From Trichomonas gallinae (Eukaryota), in contig MRSU01007292.1 in the NCBI GenBank assembly GCA_008369845.1, positions 1 through 35,741 of the forward strand: 35,741 nucleotides of DNA. Direction: 5' to 3'. Made by a program: the position numbers and the translations under genes. Of this stretch, positions 18,528 through 30,800 are shown piece after piece. Below the pieces are notes generated by a model, which was not told the origin of the DNA, ran no database searches, and saw only the letters and a program-made list of their open reading frames with translations. Numbering within the stretch: position 1 is the stretch's first letter; each line of letters starts with the position of its first letter.

Positions 18528-18862
18528 TTGCACATTTTATTTTCAATATTCATTGGCCAAATGAACAAACAGTGAATTTACACCTACGATATCCAGAATC
18601 CTCGTTTACGAGCATTAATTTCGATTCTTTCATCGAATATTATTTTCACTATTCAAAAAAGTTTTCATTATGCAAAGTATTATATCATTATCCAGATATG
18701 TAACGAATACCAAGCTAATCTACATCAATATTGGATACTTTCATCAGTAAAATAATCCTCAATTTTATTTTTTGTTTGAATTATGAAATAAAACTCTTGC
18801 TGATTAAAAATATACATAAATAATTTTATAAATATAGAAATACAAATAAAAAATAACAAAAA

Positions 18863-21800
18863 TTATTCGTCATCAGAATAATCTTCAGCTTCATATTCAT
18901 AGTCATAACCGCCATCACTGTTTCTTGTTCTATTTACGATCTTTCCGTGGTGTTCTCTTTGTCCACCAACAGTAACTTCGTGATGTCGTCCAATTTCGTT
19001 TCCGTCTTCGTCTCTTTCTATGAACGTAGTAATGTGTTCGACTTCAACATCTTCTTCTTCGCTACTGCTTTCTTCTTCAACGACGTAGATAACTTTAGGA
19101 GCCTTCTTCGGCTTCTTTTTTGCTTCATTCTCGCTTTCTTCTTCTTCGACAACATGGATCTCGTAGATCTGCTCTTCTTCTGAGCCTGAAGAGTAGATGT
19201 TCTTCACTTCGTATGTATATTCGTACTCTGGATTGTTCAGGTCAGGAACAACAACTAGATTCTTATTGCCTTCTTCGGCAACATTCTGAGGAATCTGTGG
19301 AAGTCCTGGCAACTCAGGGAGCTGCGGCATGTCTTGTTTTTCGTCATCACTTGATTCTGATTTGCTTGGAATCATTTGGAAGTCAGGCATTTTTTCTCTC
19401 TTTCTCAATCTCTTCTTTCTTTTACGTTCACCAGCTGGTTGCTGAGTTGCTGGAGGAATCAATGGAAGACCTGGCAAAGAAGGAAGATCAGGTGAGGCAG
19501 GCATTGCTCCAAGATTGAGAGATAAACCACCTGAGGCATTGATTGATGGAAGTCCAGGAAGTGGGCCTAAACTTAATCCTGCTGGTGACTGGTTCACGTC
19601 TTGCGAAACATTAATTTGTGGGAGTGGACCAAGTTGAAGCAGCCCAGGGCTTTGTGCACCAATTGTTAGATTGTTATTATTGACATTTAATGTTGGAATT
19701 GTTGGCATAGACAATGGCTCAAGCATCTTAGGAGAATCATTATTAATGACATTTAATGTTGGCATTTTGATTTCACCAAGAGGAGGAATTGTTAATGGTT
19801 GTGCATTGTTATTATCAAGATTTGGTGCTTCAAGAGTTGGGAGTGGACCTAAGTTGTGTTCAATCTTAGGAAGTTCGAAGAAGTTGTTTGATGAAGAGTT
19901 TTGTAGAGGAGTCAATCCACCAGTACTAACTGGCGGGCTCATATTAAGATTAATTGGAGGAAGTTCGCCAAATTTCGGAATATTTACATTATTTGATTTG
20001 TTTTCGTCATCAATCTTTGTTGCTTGGTTGTTAATATCTAGTGTTGGAAGTGCTCCAAGCGGTGGAAGTTCGATCTTTGGCATCTGACCGAATGCTGGAG
20101 CTTGTTCGCTGTTATTGATGCTAAGTTGTGGAATAGAAGGCGCAGAAACATTCAACATGACTTCTTCGTCATTTGATTGGTTTTCTTCGCCTTTTGATGA
20201 TGAGCTTGATTTGTTTGGAGAAAGAACTGACAATTCAGGGAGCTGTCCAAGAGGTGGGAAGTCTCCTAGGTCTGGAAGAGCAATTTCTGATGCGTTTTCG
20301 GATGTTTTTGGTTCTTCTTGGTTTTCAACTAAAATTTCAGGCATTTCTTGATTATTTGATTCTTCTGTAATTATAGTGATTGATGGTGGATTTTGTGCGG
20401 GCAATTCACCAAGTGGAGGAAGATCGAGAGTTGGCAATGAACCAATCTGTGAAACAGTTTTTGTGGTTGTAGTAGTCTTTACTTGTCGAATTTCAACACG
20501 CTGACTCATGATTTCGACATGTTGACTTGAACTAAAATGCTGACTTGTGCCAACTATATTTTGGCTCTTGATTTCAATCTGTGGAAGATTTAATGTTGGA
20601 AGAGCACCAAGTGCTGGGAGGTTAATTGTTGGAGTAGCTACTGAATTTTCATTTTCATTTGCTGCCAACTCAAGAGATGGAAGATTTATATCAAGCTGAG
20701 GAGCATTTGGTGGTGCAACATCAGTTTTCTCTCCATCAATTGGCGGAAGAGCACCAAGTCCTGGAAGATTTAATACTGGCATCTCACTCAAAGGAGGCAA
20801 GTTTTGCTGCTCTTCTGATTTGTGCTCAGAGTCACTAGAATCAGATGAGCTTGAAGAACTCGATGATTTGTTATCATTCTCTATTGGTGCTGTGTTAATT
20901 TGAGGAATTTCTGGTGATGCTGATTCAACTTTGATTTCTTGTGGATTGAGCGGTGGTAAATCTCCTAGAGGAGGAAGATCCAGTGTTGGCAATGCACCGA
21001 TTTGTGGAACAGATTCTTCATGAGTTTCTGTTTGTTCATTCTTGATTTCAATCTGTGGAAGATTCAATGCTGGAAGAGCACTAAGTGCTGGGAGATCAAT
21101 TGACGGCTTTTCGTCGACATTTTCTGCTAATTCAGGAACAGATGGTGGAGTAATTTCGGTTTGTTCAGCGTTGATTGTTGGAAGAGCACCAAGTCCAGGA
21201 AGATCTAATGCAGGAATTTCATTCAATTGTGGAGGATTTTGTTGCTCTTCTACTCTTATATCTGTTGATTGAGTTTCAGATTTGGTTGAGTGCGACTCAG
21301 AGTCATTTGAATCTGAAGAGTTTGACGATTTGTTTTCATCAATTTCCACTGGCAATGAAACATCGACTTGAGGGACTTCAAGTGCAAGAACTTCTGTTGG
21401 ATTGAACGACGGCAAATCTCCTAGAGGCAGAAGATCCAATGTTGGCAATACACCAAGAGCAGGAGCTGATATTTCATTTTGCTGAGTTTTAGCTTCAGTA
21501 GTTAGAAGAGCACCAATTTCAGGAAGGTTAAGCGATGGTTTTTCATCATCATTGATTGACAAGTTAAGTTCTGATAAATTGACATCAATGGTAGGAACAG
21601 ATTGTGCTGGAATGTCTGTTTTCTCGGATCCAGCTTCTGCATCAAGTGGAGGAAGAGCGCTAAGTCCAGGCAAATCTAGAGCTGGCATTTGACTTAGTGG
21701 CGGAAGATTTGCTTGTTCTTCAGCCAATATATCTTCTGATTGTGTTTCAGACTTTGGTGGGTGTGAATCAGAGTCAGTATAATAAGAATAACTGTATGAT

Positions 21801-24800
21801 TGGTCATCATTTTCAGCAGGGAAGGCTAAGATTTCTGGTGATTCCTCTTTGATTTCTGGTGTAGTAAGTGACGGAAGTTCGCCAAGTGGCGGAAGATCAA
21901 GAGTTGGTAATGCTCCAAGAGCAGGAACTTCGACATTAACATTACTTTCTTTGACTTCTCCATCATCGCTCGAAGAAGACTTTTTTTGATCAACAGAAAA
22001 ATCAATTGATGGAGCATCTAATGTTGGATGAGGACCAAGAGATGCTGGTTGATTGTTATTAAGATTAACTTCTGGAAGTAATCCAATATTTGGTGGTTCA
22101 ACTGTTGTCTTTGCTTCAATTTGTTCAACTTCAATTGATGGAAGATTTGGAAGTGGCGCAAGGTCAAGCTTTGGTAGCTCACCTAAAGCAGGAAGTGCAT
22201 TTTCTTCTTTGTCACTTGAGGAAGAAGACTTAGGTTTCTCTTCAACGTTTGGAAGATTTAGTGTTGGCAAAGATCCGAGTGGTTTCAATTCTGTTGATTG
22301 AGATTTTGGCAATGATAGAGGTGGAAGACTTCCGCCAAGTGTAGGAAGAGTTGGCAAAGCCCCAAACTCAGGGATAGATGGTGTTGAAGTCAATGTTGTG
22401 CCATTGATTGTCAGTGGAGGAAGATTGAAAACAGGAAGTGAACCAAATCCTTGAATTGATTTCTGCTCGGTTAGAGTGAGTGGTTTAAGTTGAGGACCTT
22501 CAGCTGACAATTTAGGAATATTAAGCGTCAACCCACCAGAAGGTTTTGGAATCTCAAGGTTGACTGTTGATCCAGTTGACTCTGGAGCAGTATTAAGTGA
22601 AAGTTGTGGCAAGGATCCAAAAACTGGAGGTTTGAATTCTGTTTGGTTCTGTTTAGCGTCGATGATGATCTCAGCGATTGTTTCAATTGTGGAGTTATGA
22701 GTGTTTTCAACATTGGTTGTTGGCAATGCATCAAAGTGAGGAAGTTCAAGAGGTGGCAAAGCACCAAATGACGATGTTTTTTCATTACTCGATGATGAAG
22801 ACTTAGATTTTTCTGGTGAATCAAGCGGTGGAAGAGCTCCAAGAGGAGGTAGATCTAATGTTGGCAATGCATCCAACTGAGGAGTTTCTTCTTTAGAATC
22901 TTCGTGATCACTTGATGAAGATGACGAAGAAGAAGTAGAAGATGAATTAGCTTCATTCTTTGGAGCCTCATCAACTTTCGGTGCTGCAACTTGTTGATTA
23001 CTGTTATCATTGGTTTCTCTAAGTGGAGTTAGTGTGTTGATTTCTTCACCATCATCGACGTCATCTTCATAATATTCCTCGAAATCAGAACCAGCATTGC
23101 TTGAAGAACTTGATGAATGATGATTTTCATTTGCAGTTTGTTCAACTTCAATTGGTTGAACTGTGGGAATTTCTGGAAGATCTGTGATAGTCGTTGGCTG
23201 ATCACTAAGTAGAGGAAGATCAATTGTTGGAAGTGCACCAAGTGCCGGAAGATTTAGTGTCGGTAAATTGCCTAAAGCTGGAACTGTTATATCAGGTTGA
23301 TTTGTGCTTTCATCTGTCTTAATTTCAAGTGCAGGCATTTCAGTAAGTGGAGTTAATTTGTTGTTCTCTACATTATCATCATGCTCATCAGAGTCAGAGC
23401 TACTTGAAGAACTAGAACTTGATGAATGATTATCTGCTTCCTTAGTTGACTGTTCAACAGCAATTTCAATTGGTTGAACAGTAGAAATTTCTGGGAGATC
23501 TGTAATTGTTGTAGGTTGATCACCGAGAGGAGGAAGCTCAAGAGTTGGAAGTGTCCCGATTTCTGGAAGATTTAATTCAAGTTGTGGCATGTCTGATGGT
23601 TGTGGTTCATCCTGCTTGATTTCAGCCTCAATTGAAGGAAGAGTTCCAAGTGCAGGGAGATCAATTGTTGGAATCTCACTTAATTCAAGCATGTTACTTT
23701 GCTCATCAGACTGCGATTCAGAATCACTTGAACTAGAAGAACTAGATTTCTTATTCTCATTTTCAACAGTTATAGCATGGGTTTCAGTTATGAATTGATT
23801 CTTCTGTTCTGGTGGATTAAGAGTAGGAATATCACCTAGGGTAGGAAGATCTATTATTGGTAGGGAGTCAAGCTGCGAAGTTTTCTCTTCTCCTAGTAAT
23901 GGAACTGCAGGCGGAAGATTGTCCTTTAGTGGCTCAAGGACGATTGAATCTTGAGTAATTGTTCCATTATGATTTTCTGGGACTAAGATACTTCTTGTTT
24001 CCTTTTCTTTGAAAACCTCATCATCATCGCTTGACGAATCAGAAGATGTTGATGATGTTGAATAAGATAATGAAGATGAATCCATTAGAAAATCATCTTT
24101 ATCACCAAAAGATTCAGTTGATTCAGAGAGTGATTTGTTTGATGCTTCATTAAGTATTAAAGCAGGTGAATCTTCGAGTTGCTGTGGATCAGTTTCTTGA
24201 TTGTTTGGAGAAACTTCAAGGCTAGGCAAATCACCAAGTGGTGGAAGGTCTAAATTAGGTCCATTTGAATTTTCAAGAGTAGGAATTTCATGAATTGTTG
24301 GGAGAATATATTCATTTGCATTGTTAGTTGTGTTATTTAGACTTTTGAAGTAATCACTTGAAATTGATTCTTGAAGTGGAAGAGGCTGCAAATCAAGAGA
24401 TGGTAAAGGAGCGAGACCACTGTCACTATGCGGTAAATTCAGATCAAGTTGAGGAAGAGCAGCAAGATCTCCTAAAGCTGGAAGATAACCAAATTTCGGC
24501 ATCTCAGGCATAATAATTTCAGATGAAGCATGAGGAGAATTTGCTTGTAATATATCAAGCGGCGGAAGATCGAGTGTTGGCAATGATTCAAATACAGGCA
24601 TCGAAGGAGCTGCTTCTATCTTTTCAATAATTATTTCATTGGCTTCTTCTTCCTCTTCATTATTATTGTTTTCTTCGTCACCTGATGATGAAGAAGAACT
24701 TGATGAAGATAATTTCTTGTTGTCATCAGCGAATTTAGAAAGATCTTTGAGGTCTGGCAAGTTAATGGAAATGTTGGAAATTTCTGGAGCCTTTTCTTCG

Positions 24801-27800
24801 ATTTCTGCTGGTTGTGGTTCCTCAACTACAGAAACGTTTGGAATTTGAGGCAAATCTAGGTGAGGTGGGCTTGCTTGGCTTCCTTTTCTCTTGGTGCTTG
24901 TTGGCGAAATTGGTTCATCTTCATCATTTTCTTTCTTTTCATGAGTAATCAATTCTTCATCAGAAGAAGACGAAGAACTTGATGATGAAGAGATTCCATC
25001 ATCTTCAATGTCAACGAAAGTTTCAACTGGTTCAGGCTCTGGCTCAAGGGAAACTAGCGATTGAAGTTTGTCAGACAAAAAGTGTTTCTCTGGGTTGTTT
25101 TCTTTATCACTCATCGGACCTAAATCGTAATTTTGGATTGTTAACGTTGGCATTGTTATTGCATTCTCAGCTCTTTCACTGCTATCATCGTCATCAGATG
25201 ATGTATCACTTGCTCTTCTTGTGAAAACAACGGATTTAGTTTTTTCTTTCTTTTCATCATCGGATGAGGAACTTGATGATTTCTTCTTTGGTGAATTGTT
25301 TCCTTCTTCCTCTGAATCAGACTTGCCGAATCCGTTTGTAGCAAATTGTTTAAGTGGAGAATCAGCAATATCTTCATTAACTGATGGCCTATATTCATCA
25401 TCTGAAGATCCAACTGATGACTTTTCATTTGTTGACATAAGAACTGGTTTGGTGAATTCTTTTTCTGAATTTTCTCTCTTTAATTCGTAAGGTTGCTGAT
25501 CGAAATGAACTTCAAGTGGCTGGATTTCATCTTTTTGATTTTCTTTCTCTTCATCAGAATCAGATGATGATGAACTTGATTCTTTGCGGACATCAACTGG
25601 TTTTGACATGCCGGGCATTTCATCTTGTCCTTCATCTTCTAAGTTAATTATCGAGCTTCTCCTGGGTCTGTAATAATCTTCCGAATAAGAATCAGATGAT
25701 GAACTTGATGATTTTTTGTTCAAATCATTCTTAACTGACTCGAGAGGTAGAAGATCAATATTCTGCATCTGGTTTGGATCTAAATCTAACTTTTCAGGAG
25801 TTAAGGATGAAAGTGGAGGAAGTTGGAGGTCATTGATGCTTGGAAGAGGAGCAATGGAATTATTATCATTATTAGTTAATGATGGTGAAAGCTGTAACAT
25901 GCTTAAATCAACTGGCGGCAATGAAAGCTGTGGTAAATCATTGTTTAAAACTTCGTTGGATGCTGGTTCATTTGAAATTGTTGGTAGACTTAAATTTAAA
26001 TCACCAAGAGGAGGTAAATCAGTTGATATTGGCTCATTTGATGCTTGTTGCAAACTCAAATTAAGTCCATCAAGTGGAGGCAAATCTGATTGAATTAAAC
26101 TGTTAGGAACTGGATCAGTTGTTGTTGGTAATGAAAAATTCAAATTCAAAGCATCATTATTCTCTGGCTCAACAGGTGGCATTGATAAATTTAAATTTAG
26201 TCCATTAAGTGGATCTGCTTGCAATGCATCAATATTTGTTGACTCAGTAGATGGCATTAATAAATCTAATTTAAGTCCATCTAATGCATCATTATTCGTT
26301 GGATCGATTGATGGCAATGCTAAAATCAAATTTGATTGAATTAAATTATTCGGATCAGTTGTGGTTGGAAGAGAGAAATTTAAATTGTCTAATTTTGGCA
26401 TTTCGATTTGCAAAGCATCATTATTTATTGGATCACTTGATATTTGTGACAAATCATTATTTACTGATTCAGTTACTGGAGTTGATAAATTTAAATTTAG
26501 ATCATCGAGTGGATTTGTATCATCGATTGTTGTTGGCATACCTAAATTGAATTTGAAATCATCTGATGGAGGCAATTCTGTTAAAATTCCGAATGGTTGA
26601 TATTCATTGTTATCACCATTTAATGGAGAAAGTTTTTGACGCTCGCTTTCAGGAAAATTAAATTTTGGTAAATCGCTGACATGTGGCAACTCAAGCATAG
26701 GATTGCTATCAGTGTTGGTTATTGGTGTAATTTCTGGTAGAGACAATTCTGGTGGAGGAACTTTAGATTTTGGGGATGATTTTTTCTCTTCATCATCACT
26801 TGAAGAACTTGAAGAGGATTTCTTTGAGTTAACTATTGGAAATGAAACACTAGCATCAATTACTGGTACTTCTTCCTTTTTGAATTCTTCAGGTGGAATT
26901 CCATCTAAAACAATTTCTGGTTCTGAATCAGAGTCACTCTTTGGCTTTGAATTTTCTTGTGAGTTTTCTGGAATTTCGTCCAGTAAAATGCTTCTTTCAA
27001 CAGCTTGTTCTGGATTTTCTATATCAGCAGTTGATTTTCTTCCTTTCTTCATTACGACTTTCCTGACGACTTTCTTGCCCTTACCTGTTGCAGCGTCAGG
27101 TTCTGCTGCTGTTGAGTTGGCTCTGCGAACAACCTTTTGTATAATTTTCTTCACACCTTTCTTTTTCACTTCTCCTTCATTGGTTGGATTCTCTGGCTCT
27201 GGTGTAGATTCGAGTGGAGATTTAGGTGATTCAGGTGGGGATTGCATTGCAGCAATTGAAGGAATAGGATCTTCAACGATTATAGTTGAGTCTTTATCAT
27301 TTAATGGGTTAAAAATGTCAACAGCTGGAACTTGCTGATCATAGACTGGTGTTTCATCTAGTTTGACTTCAATTTCTTCTTTCTTATGTTCTTCTGTAAT
27401 TACAGGTTTTTGTTCTGGTTTGGATTTTTCATTGTCACTTTCTTCTTCGCTTGATTTCCTCGCTAATGGTTTCTTGATCTTCTTTATGACTTTCTTGACT
27501 TGTTTAACTTTTGGCTTTGGTTCTTCTTCCGTTGGAGGCTGCAAATTGTTGAGAGCTGGAATGAATGGCGGATCAAGTTTAATTTCATATTCATCAGCTT
27601 CTTTATGATCATCAACTGACTCTTCAGTAACAATTGGTTGCTGTTCTGGTTCTGGATTCGTGATCTTTGCGATTTGCTCCATTAATTGATCTAATGTGTT
27701 TTGCTCTGGAACGTGAACAGACGATGGAACTGAAAGAGGAGGTGGTGGAGCCTGTTTAGGAGATGATTTGACTGGAACAATGCTGTCAATGTTCTCAGAC

Positions 27801-30800
27801 TCTTTGAAATTTTCGTCACCGGATGATCCAACCTTTTGACTTTCTGCATCTGGAATTGTGAGATTTGATGATGTCATTGAGTCATCAGATGATGAATTCT
27901 GCTTAGTAATCTTTATCTTCTTCTTAATTAGCTTCTTAACTTTAACCTTTATAGAAGACGCATTTGATGATTTAGTTGGTTTTTCTTCAACTTTTTCTTC
28001 GCTTTCTAAATCAATGTCTCTCGTTTTGATGCTGTTTTCAGCCGAAGAATGACGATGTCTGCTATTTGATGAGCTTCTATGTGAATGTTTGCCACTATCT
28101 GTCGAATTGCGATGCTTACGATGATGATCCTTTATTTCCATATCTGAAGATCCGCTGAGTTTGAGAGCTGGTACTGATTCATCGAGAGCTTTAGCGTGAT
28201 GATATCTATGACGTTTCTCGCCATTTTCGTCAACAGAATCTCTCCTTGAGTGTTTATGAGAAGAATCAATGGAATGCCTTCTCTTATGATCTGGCTTTTC
28301 GTCAACTGATGAACTTCTTCTTGATGGCTTTTCAGCTGAGCTGCTTCTTGACTTCTTTTCTTTAATTTTATCAGCTGATGAACTCTTCTTCGGCTTTATT
28401 GCATCAGAAGCAGTTGAATATTTTCTTGGTTTCTTGGAAGAAACAATTTCTGATTCCGCCGATTTATTTCTTGGCTTCTTAGCTAATGAAGATTTCGTCT
28501 TCTTTGTTTCAACAGATTTGCTTCTTGTCTTATTTTCTTCAGCAGAAGTGTTTCTGCGTGGTTTCTTCACGATAACATCTGGAATTGTTAATGGTGTAAG
28601 TGATGACTTTGTCTTTGATATGTGTTTCGTTTTTGCGTATGAATCTGATAAAGCACTAAGTTCATCATCGAATGAAAATGTCTTTGCCTTCTTTGTGTTC
28701 TTAGATTTAGGAGCTTTTGTGCTTGATGAAGCATAATGAGAATCTGTTGAAACAGCTCTTGACTTCTTCTTTTCTTTGCCTAAAATATTGTCAATTGAAG
28801 AAGACCTTGAACGACGAATTGATTTTCCTTTCTCTTGAGACTGTGATCTAAGATGCTTCTTGTTTGCGTTTTTAACTGATGGATCCATGTATATCGCTGA
28901 ATAACTTTTAACTGGCGAAATGTGCTTGATTGGGACATCAGCAAACAAAGAACCAGTTAACTCATTGAACATGTTGAGTGGTGAAGGAAGTAATTCGAAA
29001 GGATCATTTCTCTTTGGAGTTGTGAATTTTTGTTGCTGCTGATTTGTCTTTTGCTTAGCTGCGTTGACTTCCTTTTGAGAAATGATTGGCTCAGAGTCAC
29101 TTGGCTCGTAAACAGTAATTTTATCAACAGCTTCAAATGGTTTCTGAGAAATATTATCGTGATCAATTCTTGTGACTTCGACTCTTTTCGGATAGAGATG
29201 AGAAATAACTGACTGAGTGTTCGTTGAAAATTCAGGCTCGTAAAGTGTCTCAACTTTATTGTATGCTTCAGGATATCCATTGTTTGGATTAATTTTGACG
29301 TGAATGACAACTTCTTGCTTGCGAACATATTTGACATTTAGATGCCTGAAATCACTGAAGTTATATGGCGTCAGTTCTTTCTTGACGACATTTGGCGCCA
29401 TTACACCACTCAGTGCTTGACTTATGTCAATGACATTAATGTAAAATCTTCCATCAGACTCAGCGAGTTTTGACGATGCTTCAACTTTGCATTCGTAAAG
29501 TTCAAATTTGCCTGAATAAGGATTCCATCTTTTTCTGAATGCAGGATACAAGAACTTCGGTCTGTCACTTCTCTGGTTATCATCTTCAATCAATGATTCT
29601 TCTGGACGATCCATTTCGTTTCTTGCTTCGCGGATGACTTTTCTGTGCAAAATTTCTGATCCTGAGTCTCTGATGAACTCGTTTCTTTCATAGTTTTCGA
29701 ATCTCTTAGCTTTAGGATTCCTTCTCTGTCTTATCATTTGAACGAAGAGTCTGCCATTCTGGTCTCTGTATGTGCATTGATTTGGACAAACATAGTCAAG
29801 ACCGCTGATTGCCTGGAAATGCATTTCTTGTTCAATTGTTGTCCACTTCAATTCTCCGTTTTCTGGATTCTTGGCAACTCTTACAATAGATATAAGTGGA
29901 ATTAAAGACTTGGATTTTGGTAAATCTTGAATCTTAAGAGGCGGCGCTGATTGCAAGTCTTTTTCATTTATCATTTCTTCGCATTCGTAATTTTCCATCT
30001 GATTTGTTTGCGGATTCAATCTATGTTTAATTGCTCTGAAATATGGTTTCCCACTGCTTCTCCTATAAACAGTTGGATCAACAGCAATAAACTCTGAGTT
30101 GCCAATTGCATACTCAGGGATATTCTCTTCTTCTGTGAACTGCATCTTTTCGCCTGTTACTGGATCTTTTCTTATCCTAACAACAGGAATTGTTCTTAAA
30201 ATCTTCGGTTTTGCAGCTGATTTTTGTTTCGTGACTTCCTGCAAACATGGAGCATTGATTAGACCTCCTTCAGAATGAATTACTCTGTTGATTGCTCTGA
30301 ATGCATGACCAGATACTTTCCAAACATCATTTTCTTGTATGTTCAAATCAGATTCCATCATTATTGGAATATCTGGAACTTCTTCTTCCGCTTCAACGTT
30401 TTCTATTATCCTTGTCTTAGGATTCTTCTTCTGTTTTATGACTCTAATATATCTCTTGCCTGTAGTCTTGTTGATTTTAATTACCGGATTAATCGTAATG
30501 AAATCTTTAGTAGCGATATATGGTTCATGAATTTCTTCTTCTGTTTCACGATCAACGATTTCTCCTGTTCTTTTTGACTTCCTTTGCTTGATGACTGTAA
30601 CCAACAGTTTTCCATCTTTTCTTCGTTTTGAGTCAGGAATCTTTTCATCAAATGCATATTGCGTTTTTTCATCCTGAATATAAACACGTCTTTCAACATT
30701 TTTAATTTCTCCATTTGGCCCGTGTTCTCTTGAAATTGCAATTAGATATGGCTTCCTTTCACTGTCTCTATGAATGAATGGGTCAAATGCAATGTAGTCC

